A stretch of DNA of 62,675 bases from a virus. The stretch lies in the IMG/VR virus record IMGVR_UViG_3300022748_000002; one strand, given 5' to 3'. The position numbers and the translations under genes were made by a program. Below, one piece after another: positions 27,581 to 35,403 of the stretch (position 1 is the first letter of the stretch; each line of letters opens with the position of its first letter). The notes beneath the pieces are model-generated. The model was not told the DNA's origin. It did no database searches and saw only the letters and a list, made by a program, of their open reading frames with translations.

Positions 27581-27880
27581 TTACTTGAACAGTTTGGATT
27601 TTAGACGCTGCCAGAAGCTTGGTGTGTGCTTGGCATCGTAAAAAAGGTCCAGCTGCGTCAGAGTGAATCGATATTCGCCCTTGCCGCGACCGGGCACCAG
27701 AACCGCTTCCACTTCATTCTTGGCCGCCATGATCAAGCCAGCACGGCGCACCACAGAAGCCTGCAGGCCCGTCCACTCCGACAGCTCAGTCGTCTTGCCT
27801 GTGTAGTTGTGCAAGCGCAGCTGCGCGAGGACCATTTCCCGTGCGTCAGCTGCTGCTACCTTAAGCTTTTTCTCTGTCAT
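27581..27880 (-). CDS. Hypothetical protein (99 aa), possibly winged-helix
   Basis: Last gene of the leftward arm. ATGA overlap with the upstream gene. Confidence 0.55.
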   Translation of the reverse strand: MTEKKLKVAAADAREMVLAQLRLHNYTGKTTELSEWTGLQASVVRRAGLIMAAKNEVEAVLVPGRGKGEYRFTLTQLDLFYDAKHTPSFWQRLKSKLFK

Positions 27881-28206
27881 AGGTCAATGCTTTCTATCAG
27901 GCCAAGGATGCGCTGATTGTGTTGATCCAACGTGGTCATCAAGATTCGCAAATGGTCCGCCGCTGCAGAGCCCGAGGGGGCCATGTGTGCTTTGGGGACA
28001 TCTGCCGTTTGTGCGACCATGGGTTTTGTGATGAAAGATAACCGGCTTTCGAGCTGACACAAGACATCATTTTGAAAGGCGACTATGTTCTCCAAACGCT
28101 CCATCTGAGACATGATCCCATTTGAGATGGGGGCGGTCATATTCATCGCTTGCTCCGGACCGCGGCCCGCTGATCCACCCAAAGTTGTTCCATAGATTTG
28201 ACTCAT
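27877..28206 (-). CDS. Hypothetical protein (109 aa)
   Basis: ATGA overlaps on both sides. Confidence 0.55.
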   Translation of the reverse strand: MSQIYGTTLGGSAGRGPEQAMNMTAPISNGIMSQMERLENIVAFQNDVLCQLESRLSFITKPMVAQTADVPKAHMAPSGSAAADHLRILMTTLDQHNQRILGLIESIDL

Positions 28207-28853
28207 CGTGTGTTCCCCTTCAAGCGGTCGGCGACCAGCGTGGCGTAGCCTGCGATGTCCACCCAGTTGTCGATGTGGTCAGGGTTGCCATTCACGATGC
28301 GGCCCAGCTTGTGGACGATCATGTCAATCGCTTCGAGCTGATCAAAAGCCAGTGACGTGCCGCGCTGCTCAACGTAGTTGTGCACCAAGCGCTTGACCAT
28401 CTGCATGATCTCTGCGCCTTCGATGAACTTGCCGTAGTTCTTGGCGCGCGCGTTCAGGACATCGTCCACCGTGTCTTCTGGCTCATCGCACTCTTCGCAT
28501 ACGTCTTCAACAGGCAGCTTCTCGTCGTCATACTTGATCGTGCCGTTGGCCAAGCCTGCTTTGACAAAGGTTTGCAGCGGAATGTCGAACTTCTTTGCGA
28601 TTGCTACTTGCGCAGAGTTGAGCGTGATCTTGCGGCCAGCGTTTGGATTGGCCATGTCATTGGGGTCCAGTTCCTTAAAGACAGGAAACACGTCCTTCAA
28701 TGCGTTGTTGACCACCTCGGTATTCATGGCTCGCTTGCGCAGCTTGTAGACCATAGGCACAGCAGCATCAAACTTCTTGGCCACGACCTTCACGTCAGAC
28801 GACGGATGCTTGACGAACCAGTCAATAATTTTTTGGGTTTTCGTTACTTTCAT
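28203..28853 (-). CDS. Two-domain protein (216 aa): N-terminal HTH-like region, C-terminal DUF6378-like region
   Basis: The C-terminal NYGKF...QLEAIDMIVHKLGRIVNGNPDHIDNWVDIAGYATL resembles a phage domain I recall as DUF6378. Low certainty on the name. Confidence 0.55.
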   Translation of the reverse strand: MKVTKTQKIIDWFVKHPSSDVKVVAKKFDAAVPMVYKLRKRAMNTEVVNNALKDVFPVFKELDPNDMANPNAGRKITLNSAQVAIAKKFDIPLQTFVKAGLANGTIKYDDEKLPVEDVCEECDEPEDTVDDVLNARAKNYGKFIEGAEIMQMVKRLVHNYVEQRGTSLAFDQLEAIDMIVHKLGRIVNGNPDHIDNWVDIAGYATLVADRLKGNTR

Positions 28854-29122
28854 TTCTTTTCTCCAGTTGGTTTAATTCCACACACTTTTTCCATGTAGGC
28901 CAGATAGACCTGATCCGCTGTTGTAAACACGCGCGTATCGTCTTTCAGGTGATACGTGGTGTACGACGCCCCGAAGCCACCGTGCTTCTTGACGCGGGTG
29001 ATGACGATCTTGCCTACGCCTACATCCGCGTTGTGACGGTGAAGGTAGTGCTCCTTCTCCCCGCTGATGTGCATCACCAGCTGCATTGGTTGGGCGCAAA
29101 ACTCTTCAAACGTGAGTTCCAT
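28850..29122 (-). CDS. Hypothetical protein (90 aa)
   Basis: ATGA overlap with the downstream gene. Confidence 0.55.
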   Translation of the reverse strand: MELTFEEFCAQPMQLVMHISGEKEHYLHRHNADVGVGKIVITRVKKHGGFGASYTTYHLKDDTRVFTTADQVYLAYMEKVCGIKPTGEKK

Positions 29123-29618
29123 GCTCTTCTCCTTCCGTTACAAAATCGCGTTCGTTTTCCATGATGATGGGACGCGCGCGTTTGCCGCGGATGTCCTGCT
29201 CAACGATGTCCATCGCCTTCTCAAGTTGTGCTATCGTCGTCTCTTGCAGTTGGGCGTCATGCACCTCCATTGCCAGATTCAACGAGGTGAGCTCGGGTCC
29301 GCTCAAAATAAACTTGCCAGTCTTCACGCCTCTGCGTCCCACCGCAAGAAGCGCGTCCTGAGCGGCCCGAAGCTCAACCAACCAATCGCGGCCAATCTTC
29401 AATCGCATGAGAGCCTCAGCGATATTCAATGCCCCGATCACCTTGTCGATGTCATCACGCGTCGCGTTACCAAGACGGATGTTGTTCATCGCGTCATGGT
29501 TTTTGATCTGCAGTGTGAGACCAGCGTCAATACGCCCTACGCGCTGAATGCCACTGGTCACATACCACATGTTGTCAGCCCTGATGGGCTTTGGTTTGTA
29601 TTTACTCTTCTTCCTCAT
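29106..29618 (-). CDS. Hypothetical protein (170 aa)
   Basis: Trimmed to ATG 29618 (MRKKSKYKPKPI...). Overlaps both neighbours by 17 nt. Confidence 0.55.
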   Translation of the reverse strand: MRKKSKYKPKPIRADNMWYVTSGIQRVGRIDAGLTLQIKNHDAMNNIRLGNATRDDIDKVIGALNIAEALMRLKIGRDWLVELRAAQDALLAVGRRGVKTGKFILSGPELTSLNLAMEVHDAQLQETTIAQLEKAMDIVEQDIRGKRARPIIMENERDFVTEGEEHGTHV

Positions 29619-29970
29619 CGTCTTCCCCTTGAATCGCTTCAATCAAATAGTCCGGCATCACATAGCCTTCCTCTTTCAGCATCTTCAATGTGTCTACCAT
29701 CGAATCGCGATCAAGGCAGTAGAACGATTGCCCATCGTGTGGCAAGCCAATCGGCTCCCGCTTGGCACTCTCCAGCCACTTTTGTTGCTGCTGATGCCTT
29801 AACACGAACTCCTCAGGGGAGACATCCCCGTAGCGTTCGGGCATTTTTGGGATGGGTGTGTCGCCCACGCATTTCATGCCAGCCACATGGCAGGTGTACC
29901 CGCCATTGACATCCGCATAAACGTAGACAGCACACGCAAAGTCCATGCTGCTCCAGCGGCAGTAACTCAT
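29602..29970 (-). CDS. Hypothetical protein (122 aa) with acidic tail
   Basis: Trimmed to ATG 29970 (MSYCRWSS...), with ATGA overlap on the SPFH stop. C-terminus GEDDEEEE. Confidence 0.55.
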   Translation of the reverse strand: MSYCRWSSMDFACAVYVYADVNGGYTCHVAGMKCVGDTPIPKMPERYGDVSPEEFVLRHQQQQKWLESAKREPIGLPHDGQSFYCLDRDSMVDTLKMLKEEGYVMPDYLIEAIQGEDDEEEE

Positions 29971-30776
29971 TTGCCCACGTGCACGAATGGGGTTGACGAA
30001 CCGGGGACCATGGTCTGGGGCAGCTTGCCGTCCCACTTTTCGATGGCCTTCAATTCAATGTATTCCTTGCCCCCTTGCGCCGAAACTGCGGCCGCTTTGA
30101 TACGGACCGAATCCGCAATACCTTGCGCTTCCACACGTTGACGTTCAGCCTCCGCCTTAGCCAGTTCCACTTCCTTTTGCTTGGCGTTGATTTGAAACTG
30201 GCGGTTGGCCGCCTCCATGATGGCCTTCTCCAATGCTGGGTCAGTCACGAGGTTGCGCACGTTGGCGCTGCGCACAAAGAACCAGCCCTTGCCTGCGGAC
30301 TCATCCAGATCAGCCTGCAGGTTTTTAACGATGTCCGCCGCGATGGAAGTGCGCTCGGTGTGAACGGTGGCCGAACCGTACTTCGCGACGGTGTTGTAGA
30401 TGTTTTCGCGGGCTTGGCGCTGCACATAGTTCATGCCGATCCGATTGCCGTCCTCCCCGCTCACATGCGTCACGTCTCCCGGCCAACGGGTCATGATGTC
30501 CGCAGCTTTGCCCGGGTCGATCTGGATGTACAGGTCCACATCCAAGTCCGCCAGCGTGATCTTGTCGCTCGTCTGCGGCTTCATATCGTCGAACGACAAG
30601 CGGAGCTCCTTTGCGGAGACCTCGGTCACGCGCTTGAACAAAGTGAAATACACACCGGGTGGCATGGTCTCGTGTTTAACTTGACCTAGTGTGGATTCCA
30701 CACCGATGTTGCCTGTGTCGATTTGCGAGCAGGCGGTCAAGAACATTGCAGTCAGGATCAAAAGTAATTTTTTCAT
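29967..30776 (-). CDS. SPFH/Band-7 (prohibitin-like) domain lipoprotein (269 aa)
   Basis: Trimmed to ATG 30776. Signal peptide plus lipobox MKKLLLILTAMFLTAC. SPFH-type core (PPGVYFTLF..V..VS...L.F...KPQTSDKITLADLDVDLYIQI). C-terminal IEKWDGKLPQTMVPG. Confidence 0.8.
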   Translation of the reverse strand: MKKLLLILTAMFLTACSQIDTGNIGVESTLGQVKHETMPPGVYFTLFKRVTEVSAKELRLSFDDMKPQTSDKITLADLDVDLYIQIDPGKAADIMTRWPGDVTHVSGEDGNRIGMNYVQRQARENIYNTVAKYGSATVHTERTSIAADIVKNLQADLDESAGKGWFFVRSANVRNLVTDPALEKAIMEAANRQFQINAKQKEVELAKAEAERQRVEAQGIADSVRIKAAAVSAQGGKEYIELKAIEKWDGKLPQTMVPGSSTPFVHVGK

Positions 30777-30784
30777 TTTGTGTC

Positions 30785-30979
30785 TCACAAGAGTTTGGTT
30801 GAGTTAAGGTAGAACTGCGCCACCAAGAGGATGAGCAGTGCTGCGATGATCAAGAAGATTTTTTCTCCATGACCTTTCAGGAAAGCCCTGAATTGGTTGC
30901 GATCTCGGATGCGTATGGTCTGCCAAAGGACATACATACCCAACGCCCAGATCAAAAGTACAAGGAAGTGGCGCATCAA
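30785..30979 (-). CDS. Two-TM membrane protein (64 aa)
   Basis: Two hydrophobic helices. ATGA overlap upstream, and ends 9 nt before the SPFH ATG. Confidence 0.6.
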   Translation of the reverse strand: MMRHFLVLLIWALGMYVLWQTIRIRDRNQFRAFLKGHGEKIFLIIAALLILLVAQFYLNSTKLL

Positions 30980-31641
30980 AAACTGTCCGATGATGTGTCG
31001 GACCCTCCAAATGAATCAGACGATGTGTCAGAGCTGTAGCTCGACGATGAAGAACTGCTGTCGTTGAAGTACGACGACGCTGGCGCTGGTGCATCCACTC
31101 GCGAAGATGTCGGTGCATCAGTGATGGGTGGACCACTTGGCGAGATCGTCGACGCATGCACACCAGTTGGCTGGTTCAACATGCTTTGCACTGCCCACAG
31201 ATTGACGATGTTGTCTGCCAAGTCGCTGCCGTAGGTCTGGCGTGGGTCCATGTAGCCAAAGGGATTGGCTTGTGACTGCATAGCTGCCTGACGCTGCGCT
31301 GCAGCTTGCTGCATAGCATTCTGGTGCATCATGTCCATCTGCTGCTGTTGATACTGGCGGTATTGATTGCGACGAGCATCTTCACGATCACGTGCGTCCA
31401 AGTGCGCTTTGTTGTGCGCGGCTCGCAGCTCACGTTCCTTTTCCCAAAACGCATCGGACTCTGCCTTGCGCTTCAAGAACTCTTCGTTACGCTGCTTGCG
31501 TGAGGTACGCCACTTGGTCACAGCGAAGTACCCAATAGGCACCATCCAGATGAGCAAAGCTTCAAGGCAGTTACCCACCAACAAAGCACCGAGGCCCGCG
31601 GCTGCGCACACACCGGTTAAAAGAAGTTGTATCAATGTCAT
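30976..31641 (-). CDS. Membrane protein with Gln-rich middle and Ser-rich C-terminus (221 aa)
   Basis: Trimmed to ATG 31641, which is preceded by the conserved leader TTAGAAAGGATAGAT. N-terminal TM pair. C-terminal SSSSSSSYSSDTSSDSFGGSDTSSDSF. Confidence 0.6.
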   Translation of the reverse strand: MTLIQLLLTGVCAAAGLGALLVGNCLEALLIWMVPIGYFAVTKWRTSRKQRNEEFLKRKAESDAFWEKERELRAAHNKAHLDARDREDARRNQYRQYQQQQMDMMHQNAMQQAAAQRQAAMQSQANPFGYMDPRQTYGSDLADNIVNLWAVQSMLNQPTGVHASTISPSGPPITDAPTSSRVDAPAPASSYFNDSSSSSSSYSSDTSSDSFGGSDTSSDSF

Positions 31642-31670
31642 ATCTATCCTTTCTAAGAATCTTGACGATA

Positions 31671-31703
31671 CCATAACGAGGAGAACCTCGTCATGGTTTT
31701 TTT
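31671..31703 (+). terminator. Canonical hairpin plus T7 run oriented on the + strand inside a minus-strand unit
   Basis: CCATAACGAGG-AGAA-CCTCGTCATGG-TTTTTTT. In the sense of the local genes the run is A7 and precedes the stem. Confidence 0.4.
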
Positions 31704-31706
31704 CTA

Positions 31707-32012
31707 TCACCACTTGAGTACCGATTGGCAAAGCGTAAAGTGCTTTGAATCACTGTGCTCATCCAGCAGGTTCAGCATGTCTTCCGCGTCCTCCTTCTTG
31801 CGGAAAGCCACATTCAGTACCCCAGAGGCACTGTTGTCGCTGTAGCGCCACATGATGGTGTACACGTAGTCCTTACGAGGGGCCGAGGCCCACGGATCAA
31901 CCGTGATACGGCGATCCTGAGGGCTGCCTTCGCGCAAAGCACGGCAGGAATCCCATTCATTGCACTGTTCAGTGCAGGCCATGCCAGTGGCAGGGCATTT
32001 TTTGATACTCAT
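31707..32012 (-). CDS. Hypothetical Cys-rich protein (101 aa)
   Basis: N-terminal KKCPATGMACTEQCNEWDSC. ATGA overlap upstream. Confidence 0.55.
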   Translation of the reverse strand: MSIKKCPATGMACTEQCNEWDSCRALREGSPQDRRITVDPWASAPRKDYVYTIMWRYSDNSASGVLNVAFRKKEDAEDMLNLLDEHSDSKHFTLCQSVLKW

Positions 32013-32392
32013 TTTTTCATTCCTCTCACAAAAGCAGCAAAACTTGCTGCGGTATCTCCAAAAGGCATCCTGTCGAATTCCTTGGCCACCTCTTCAAGGG
32101 TTTCGTTTCGGCTGACAGGCATGATGTCATGGATGGTGTATTCCTTTGGAAACGCATCGCGGTAGCGGATGGTCTCCGCCTCGATCTTGCCTTGGTTGTT
32201 CATAGAAACCTTCATCATTCCTGTGCCATAGAGCAAAGCGTCTTGGCTCATCTCCAACACGGCTTCCTCAAACGGTCGCATGAGCTGTTGGATGATCTCA
32301 CTCTGGGAAATAAGTGTCGTCGCCGTAGAAGCCTGTTGGCTTCTTTCCACTGCCTCGAACGCCTCGTCCTCTGGGGATTTTTCCTGCGTCAT
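32009..32392 (-). CDS. Hypothetical protein (127 aa)
   Basis: ATG 32392 has GGAG 7 nt upstream. Natural-looking sequence from the first residue. Confidence 0.6.
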   Translation of the reverse strand: MTQEKSPEDEAFEAVERSQQASTATTLISQSEIIQQLMRPFEEAVLEMSQDALLYGTGMMKVSMNNQGKIEAETIRYRDAFPKEYTIHDIMPVSRNETLEEVAKEFDRMPFGDTAASFAAFVRGMKK

Positions 32393-32648
32393 CTTTGGTC
32401 TCCTGTTTTTTCATCAAAAGGTCTTCGTGGAATTTCTTCAGAGCTGTCAAGCGATACTTGACACTTCCGGCCTGTGCGGCCTTCAGCGACGTGTATTGCT
32501 TGTTGTTGCTGTAGACGGTGAACAAGTCCCGATGACCGCGCTCGATGGAGTCAACCACCTCGCCATCCTCAGACTCGCACACCCAGTAGAAAACGCCCCA
32601 CTCTTTCCACTTCTCTTTGCCAAGGGATACTTCGGTCAATGGAACCAT
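32298..32648 (-). CDS. Hypothetical protein (116 aa)
   Basis: Track ORF 32298..32810 trimmed to ATG 32648, which overlaps the stop of the 51-aa ORF. The 3' end runs 95 nt into the next gene in another frame. Confidence 0.45.
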   Translation of the reverse strand: MVPLTEVSLGKEKWKEWGVFYWVCESEDGEVVDSIERGHRDLFTVYSNNKQYTSLKAAQAGSVKYRLTALKKFHEDLLMKKQETKDDAGKIPRGRGVRGSGKKPTGFYGDDTYFPE

Positions 32649-32791
32649 AAGTAGAACCCGTGCAAGATACCGATGGGGAAGAAGATCGCGCCGGCAACAA
32701 GGAAGCCCCAAAGGCCCGCGCCGAAGCAACCAAAGATGTGCGTGAGCCACGCGATAAAGCATGTAATGCCAATAATTCCTGTCCAATCCAT
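32636..32791 (-). CDS. Small two-TM membrane protein (51 aa)
   Basis: Not in the track. My translation is MDWTGIIGITCFIAWLTHIFGCFGAGLWGFLVAGAIFFPIGILHGFYLWFH. GGAG lies 7 nt upstream of the ATG. Confidence 0.5.
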   Translation of the reverse strand: MDWTGIIGITCFIAWLTHIFGCFGAGLWGFLVAGAIFFPIGILHGFYLWFH

Positions 32792-32806
32792 CACTCTCTC
32801 CTTGAA

Positions 32807-33049
32807 TCAATATGTAACCACAGTGCCGCCAGTAAGCCCAGTATCAACAGGCCGCAGAGCATTACCAACACCATCAGCAAGACGTTGCCAACCATAAATT
32901 TCCTCCTTGAGTCGTTGGTTCTCAATCACCAGCTCGCGCCATGCGCGATGGACGATGTAGGCATCATTCGATGCTTGGACCAACGCTTCGAACATGTCGG
33001 TCTCTTGTTGAATCAGCGCTTTAAGCTGATCATGCGTAGGGGCGGGCAT
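32807..33049 (-). CDS. Hypothetical protein (80 aa)
   Basis: Trimmed to ATG 33049 (MPAPTHDQLKAL...), 1 nt after the upstream stop. Confidence 0.5.
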   Translation of the reverse strand: MPAPTHDQLKALIQQETDMFEALVQASNDAYIVHRAWRELVIENQRLKEEIYGWQRLADGVGNALRPVDTGLTGGTVVTY

Positions 33050-33050
33050 C

Positions 33051-33284
33051 TCAGTGCCCCACCTTCGAGGCGTGCTCGACTTTGGCCACCATGAAACGCA
33101 GGCGGGCATACATGTCCACCGCGGTGTTTTGCATGTACTCCTTGAGCTGCAATGCATCAGGCAGCGTGCCAACAGGAATGGTCACCTCAATGAGGCATCC
33201 GCACTGCTCCATGCTGATCTTCAAATCGTTGCTGTTGTTCTCGCCCACCTGCTCGGCGGGTACTACCTTGTGTCCGTTGATCAT
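33051..33284 (-). CDS. Hypothetical protein (77 aa)
   Basis: Compact spacing to both neighbours. Confidence 0.55.
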   Translation of the reverse strand: MINGHKVVPAEQVGENNSNDLKISMEQCGCLIEVTIPVGTLPDALQLKEYMQNTAVDMYARLRFMVAKVEHASKVGH

Positions 33285-33285
33285 C

Positions 33286-33501
33286 TCAATCCTCCTGTTG
33301 ACGTGCTTCTAGGTTTCTACGAATTTCACTGCGCTCACGCAGCTGGGCTTGTTGCTCATCGAACATGGCTTTCCAGTTGCGATACTTGTCTTGGCACTTC
33401 TTGCAGTTGCAGACAAACTCAAATTCGTCTGGGTCAGCAATCATGCCTTCGCCTTTGGCCGCCACGCGGTTGTAGGGGCTGGTGCTCATCATGTTGTTCA
33501 T
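33286..33501 (-). CDS. Hypothetical protein (71 aa)
   Basis: Contains a CNCKKC motif and a charged C-terminal helix. Confidence 0.55.
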   Translation of the reverse strand: MNNMMSTSPYNRVAAKGEGMIADPDEFEFVCNCKKCQDKYRNWKAMFDEQQAQLRERSEIRRNLEARQQED

Positions 33502-33503
33502 GC

Positions 33504-33668
33504 TTAGTCCTTCAAGAAAGCTTCGGTGTAGATAGAGAGCTCTCCGCTCAGTACCTCAGCGCTGGTCTGATCAATCACAATCGTCATATGAGGATTGCCA
33601 TTTTTGTTGAGCCACTCGATCAGTGGTAGTGCGAGTTTTTCAAACTCGGCTCTTTGTGCGTGTGTCAT
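33504..33668 (-). CDS. Hypothetical protein (54 aa)
   Basis: Not in the track. My translation is MTHAQRAEFEKLALPLIEWLNKNGNPHMTIVIDQTSAEVLSGELSIYTEAFLKD. ATGA overlap upstream. Confidence 0.5.
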   Translation of the reverse strand: MTHAQRAEFEKLALPLIEWLNKNGNPHMTIVIDQTSAEVLSGELSIYTEAFLKD

Positions 33669-33916
33669 TTGCTTCCTGCCTTGCTGTATGTGAAGTACGG
33701 TGTGCGGTCCAGATTTATTTTCTTGGCTGCTTTGGTCTTTGGGAACACGTTGATTGTGTTTACCGTCTTGGACCCTGTGGCCTCACGGTTTGCTTTGGAC
33801 TTAGCCCCGTTGATCTTGCCGTTCTGTACCTGTATCGCTTCCGCTTTCAGCGACGCCAGCACGTGTGGCATGTGTGTCTTCACGTAGTCCGGATGGAATG
33901 CATTCATTACTGTCAT
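33665..33916 (-). CDS. Hypothetical basic protein (83 aa)
   Basis: Trimmed to ATG 33916, preceded by GGAAAGAAGAAAA. Overlaps the 33801..34010 ORF out of frame. Confidence 0.45.
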   Translation of the reverse strand: MTVMNAFHPDYVKTHMPHVLASLKAEAIQVQNGKINGAKSKANREATGSKTVNTINVFPKTKAAKKINLDRTPYFTYSKAGSK

Positions 33917-34010
33917 TTTTCTTCTTTCCAAAAATAATATCCATTTGTTCTGCGAATGTCTGGTAGTTGGTCGGGCGCTGACGGCTACCCTTTCCTGCTT
34001 CACGGCTCAT
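33801..34010 (-). CDS. Small protein with GKGSRQRP...IFGKK motif (69 aa as open frame)
   Basis: Trimmed to ATG 34010, with ATGA overlap upstream. MSREAGKGSRQRPTNYQTFAEQMDIIFGKKK resembles a short phage peptide family I recall. The frame stays open 116 nt into the next gene. Confidence 0.45.
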   Translation of the reverse strand: MSREAGKGSRQRPTNYQTFAEQMDIIFGKKKNDSNECIPSGLREDTHATRAGVAESGSDTGTERQDQRG

Positions 34011-34213
34011 ATCTGCTCCTTTGTGACGTACTGCACGCGCAACAGCATCATCCAGCCGAAGGTGGCAGAGATGATGAAGTAAAACATCCGGTCTTGGCGC
34101 TCCCACATGAATGGGTCAAAGCTCGCACCGACGATGGCCATGAATGGGTACGTCATCAGGCCCGAGACGATGAACGGTGTGATGCAGGTCAGTATTTCTT
34201 TTGCGGATTTCAT
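34007..34213 (-). CDS. Membrane protein (68 aa)
   Basis: Two hydrophobic segments. ATGA overlaps on both sides. Confidence 0.55.
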   Translation of the reverse strand: MKSAKEILTCITPFIVSGLMTYPFMAIVGASFDPFMWERQDRMFYFIISATFGWMMLLRVQYVTKEQI

Positions 34214-34485
34214 GATTTTTCCTTTGTCTCTCGTTGGTAAAACGTCACGAGATTCATCACGCCACGTTTGCCATCAGGGCCGCCACGGATGATCCACTTG
34301 CCAGTACCGGGCCAGAAATCAATCATCTGGCCTGCGCATTCAATGATGATGTGCGCACCGTGGTTGTGGACAGAGTGTGGGACCTTGAACTGCGTCAGGA
34401 TCCGCTCGCTCTGTTCACGGTTTTTGGCCCGCTTGACTTTGCTGCGCTCGGCATAGCCTTCCCAGACTTCGGCCATGTCACCCAT
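34210..34485 (-). CDS. Hypothetical protein (91 aa)
   Basis: Natural composition. 8-nt overlap upstream. Confidence 0.6.
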   Translation of the reverse strand: MGDMAEVWEGYAERSKVKRAKNREQSERILTQFKVPHSVHNHGAHIIIECAGQMIDFWPGTGKWIIRGGPDGKRGVMNLVTFYQRETKEKS

Positions 34486-34873
34486 GGTTGACCCCTTTCA
34501 TGCGTCGTTCAACTTCTTTTTGAACTTGGATTTGTCGGCCATCAATCACGCCGCGCTCGTACTCTTTTTGCACCAGCTGCTTCAAGTAGGTGTCCAAAGC
34601 TTTGATGACATACTTCGCCCCTTCGTCGACAGGGAATTCAGGGTTGGTGGTGATGCCATCCTTGGAAATGCGCATCACTTCCCTCGTGCCACCGTCCATG
34701 AAGATAAAGCTAGAGGGGCCTAAGTTTGAATTGGAGACGGAGTACCCTTGACCGTGGACCGTGAGCTTGTCCATCTCTTCCTTGTTGTAGGTGAACTGCA
34801 TCGCCGCGCACTTGGTGCAGCGAATGCGTTTGGTCAGGCCATCAACAAAATGCCAGTTGTGCTTGCAGGTCAT
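34478..34873 (-). CDS. Hypothetical protein (131 aa)
   Basis: Trimmed to ATG 34873, with AAGGA 5 nt upstream. N-terminal CKHNWH...CTKC. Confidence 0.55.
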   Translation of the reverse strand: MTCKHNWHFVDGLTKRIRCTKCAAMQFTYNKEEMDKLTVHGQGYSVSNSNLGPSSFIFMDGGTREVMRISKDGITTNPEFPVDEGAKYVIKALDTYLKQLVQKEYERGVIDGRQIQVQKEVERRMKGVNHG

Positions 34874-34874
34874 G

Positions 34875-35030
34875 TCAGTCCTTTGAAATTGGCACGCACT
34901 TGGTGCTGTAGGGCGAGTTGCGCCGGAAGTCTTTCGAGTCCGCCACGCATGCGGCCCGTGATTTGTACTCCACCACGTACTCAACAAAGCAGGTGGGTGT
35001 GCACAGCATGTAGACAAGGGCCCAAGTCAT
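34875..35030 (-). CDS. Hypothetical Cys-containing peptide (51 aa)
   Basis: Not in the track. My translation is MTWALVYMLCTPTCFVEYVVEYKSRAACVADSKDFRRNSPYSTKCVPISKD. ATGA overlap upstream. Confidence 0.4.
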   Translation of the reverse strand: MTWALVYMLCTPTCFVEYVVEYKSRAACVADSKDFRRNSPYSTKCVPISKD

Positions 35031-35245
35031 GATTTCATCTTTCCAATAACTTCACGCATTTGTTCGATGGTGCTATCCAATCGAGCGCGGTCCGTGCCTG
35101 TATCTGGGTATCGGCTGCATGCTTCCCACGCAGCGATGACCCCCTGTGCTTTCTTTGCCAGCAACTCATAGTCGCCTGTCGCGCCACATTCAGGGCAGTA
35201 GTCAAGCACACCTGCAATGCTGAAAGGCTTGAGCTTCTTCGTCAT
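35027..35245 (-). CDS. Hypothetical protein (72 aa), zinc-ribbon-like
   Basis: Trimmed to ATG 35245 with SD GGAGG. Contains a CPECG motif. Confidence 0.5.
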   Translation of the reverse strand: MTKKLKPFSIAGVLDYCPECGATGDYELLAKKAQGVIAAWEACSRYPDTGTDRARLDSTIEQMREVIGKMKS

Positions 35246-35403
35246 GATTCCTCCCTCATAACGGCCATCAACGAGCATGCCCAGCCCAGCGTGGCAGAAC
35301 CCCAAGCACCTGCCCTTGAGAGGTCGTGATCCCACAGAGAAATGAGGAAGCTTAGGAGCGCCAGCACACAAGGGATGACATTCAATAGGATTCTGATACT
35401 CAT
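35242..35403 (-). CDS. Small membrane protein (53 aa)
   Basis: Not in the track. My translation is MSIRILLNVIPCVLALLSFLISLWDHDLSRAGAWGSATLGWACSLMAVMREES. ATGA overlaps on both sides. Confidence 0.45.
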   Translation of the reverse strand: MSIRILLNVIPCVLALLSFLISLWDHDLSRAGAWGSATLGWACSLMAVMREES

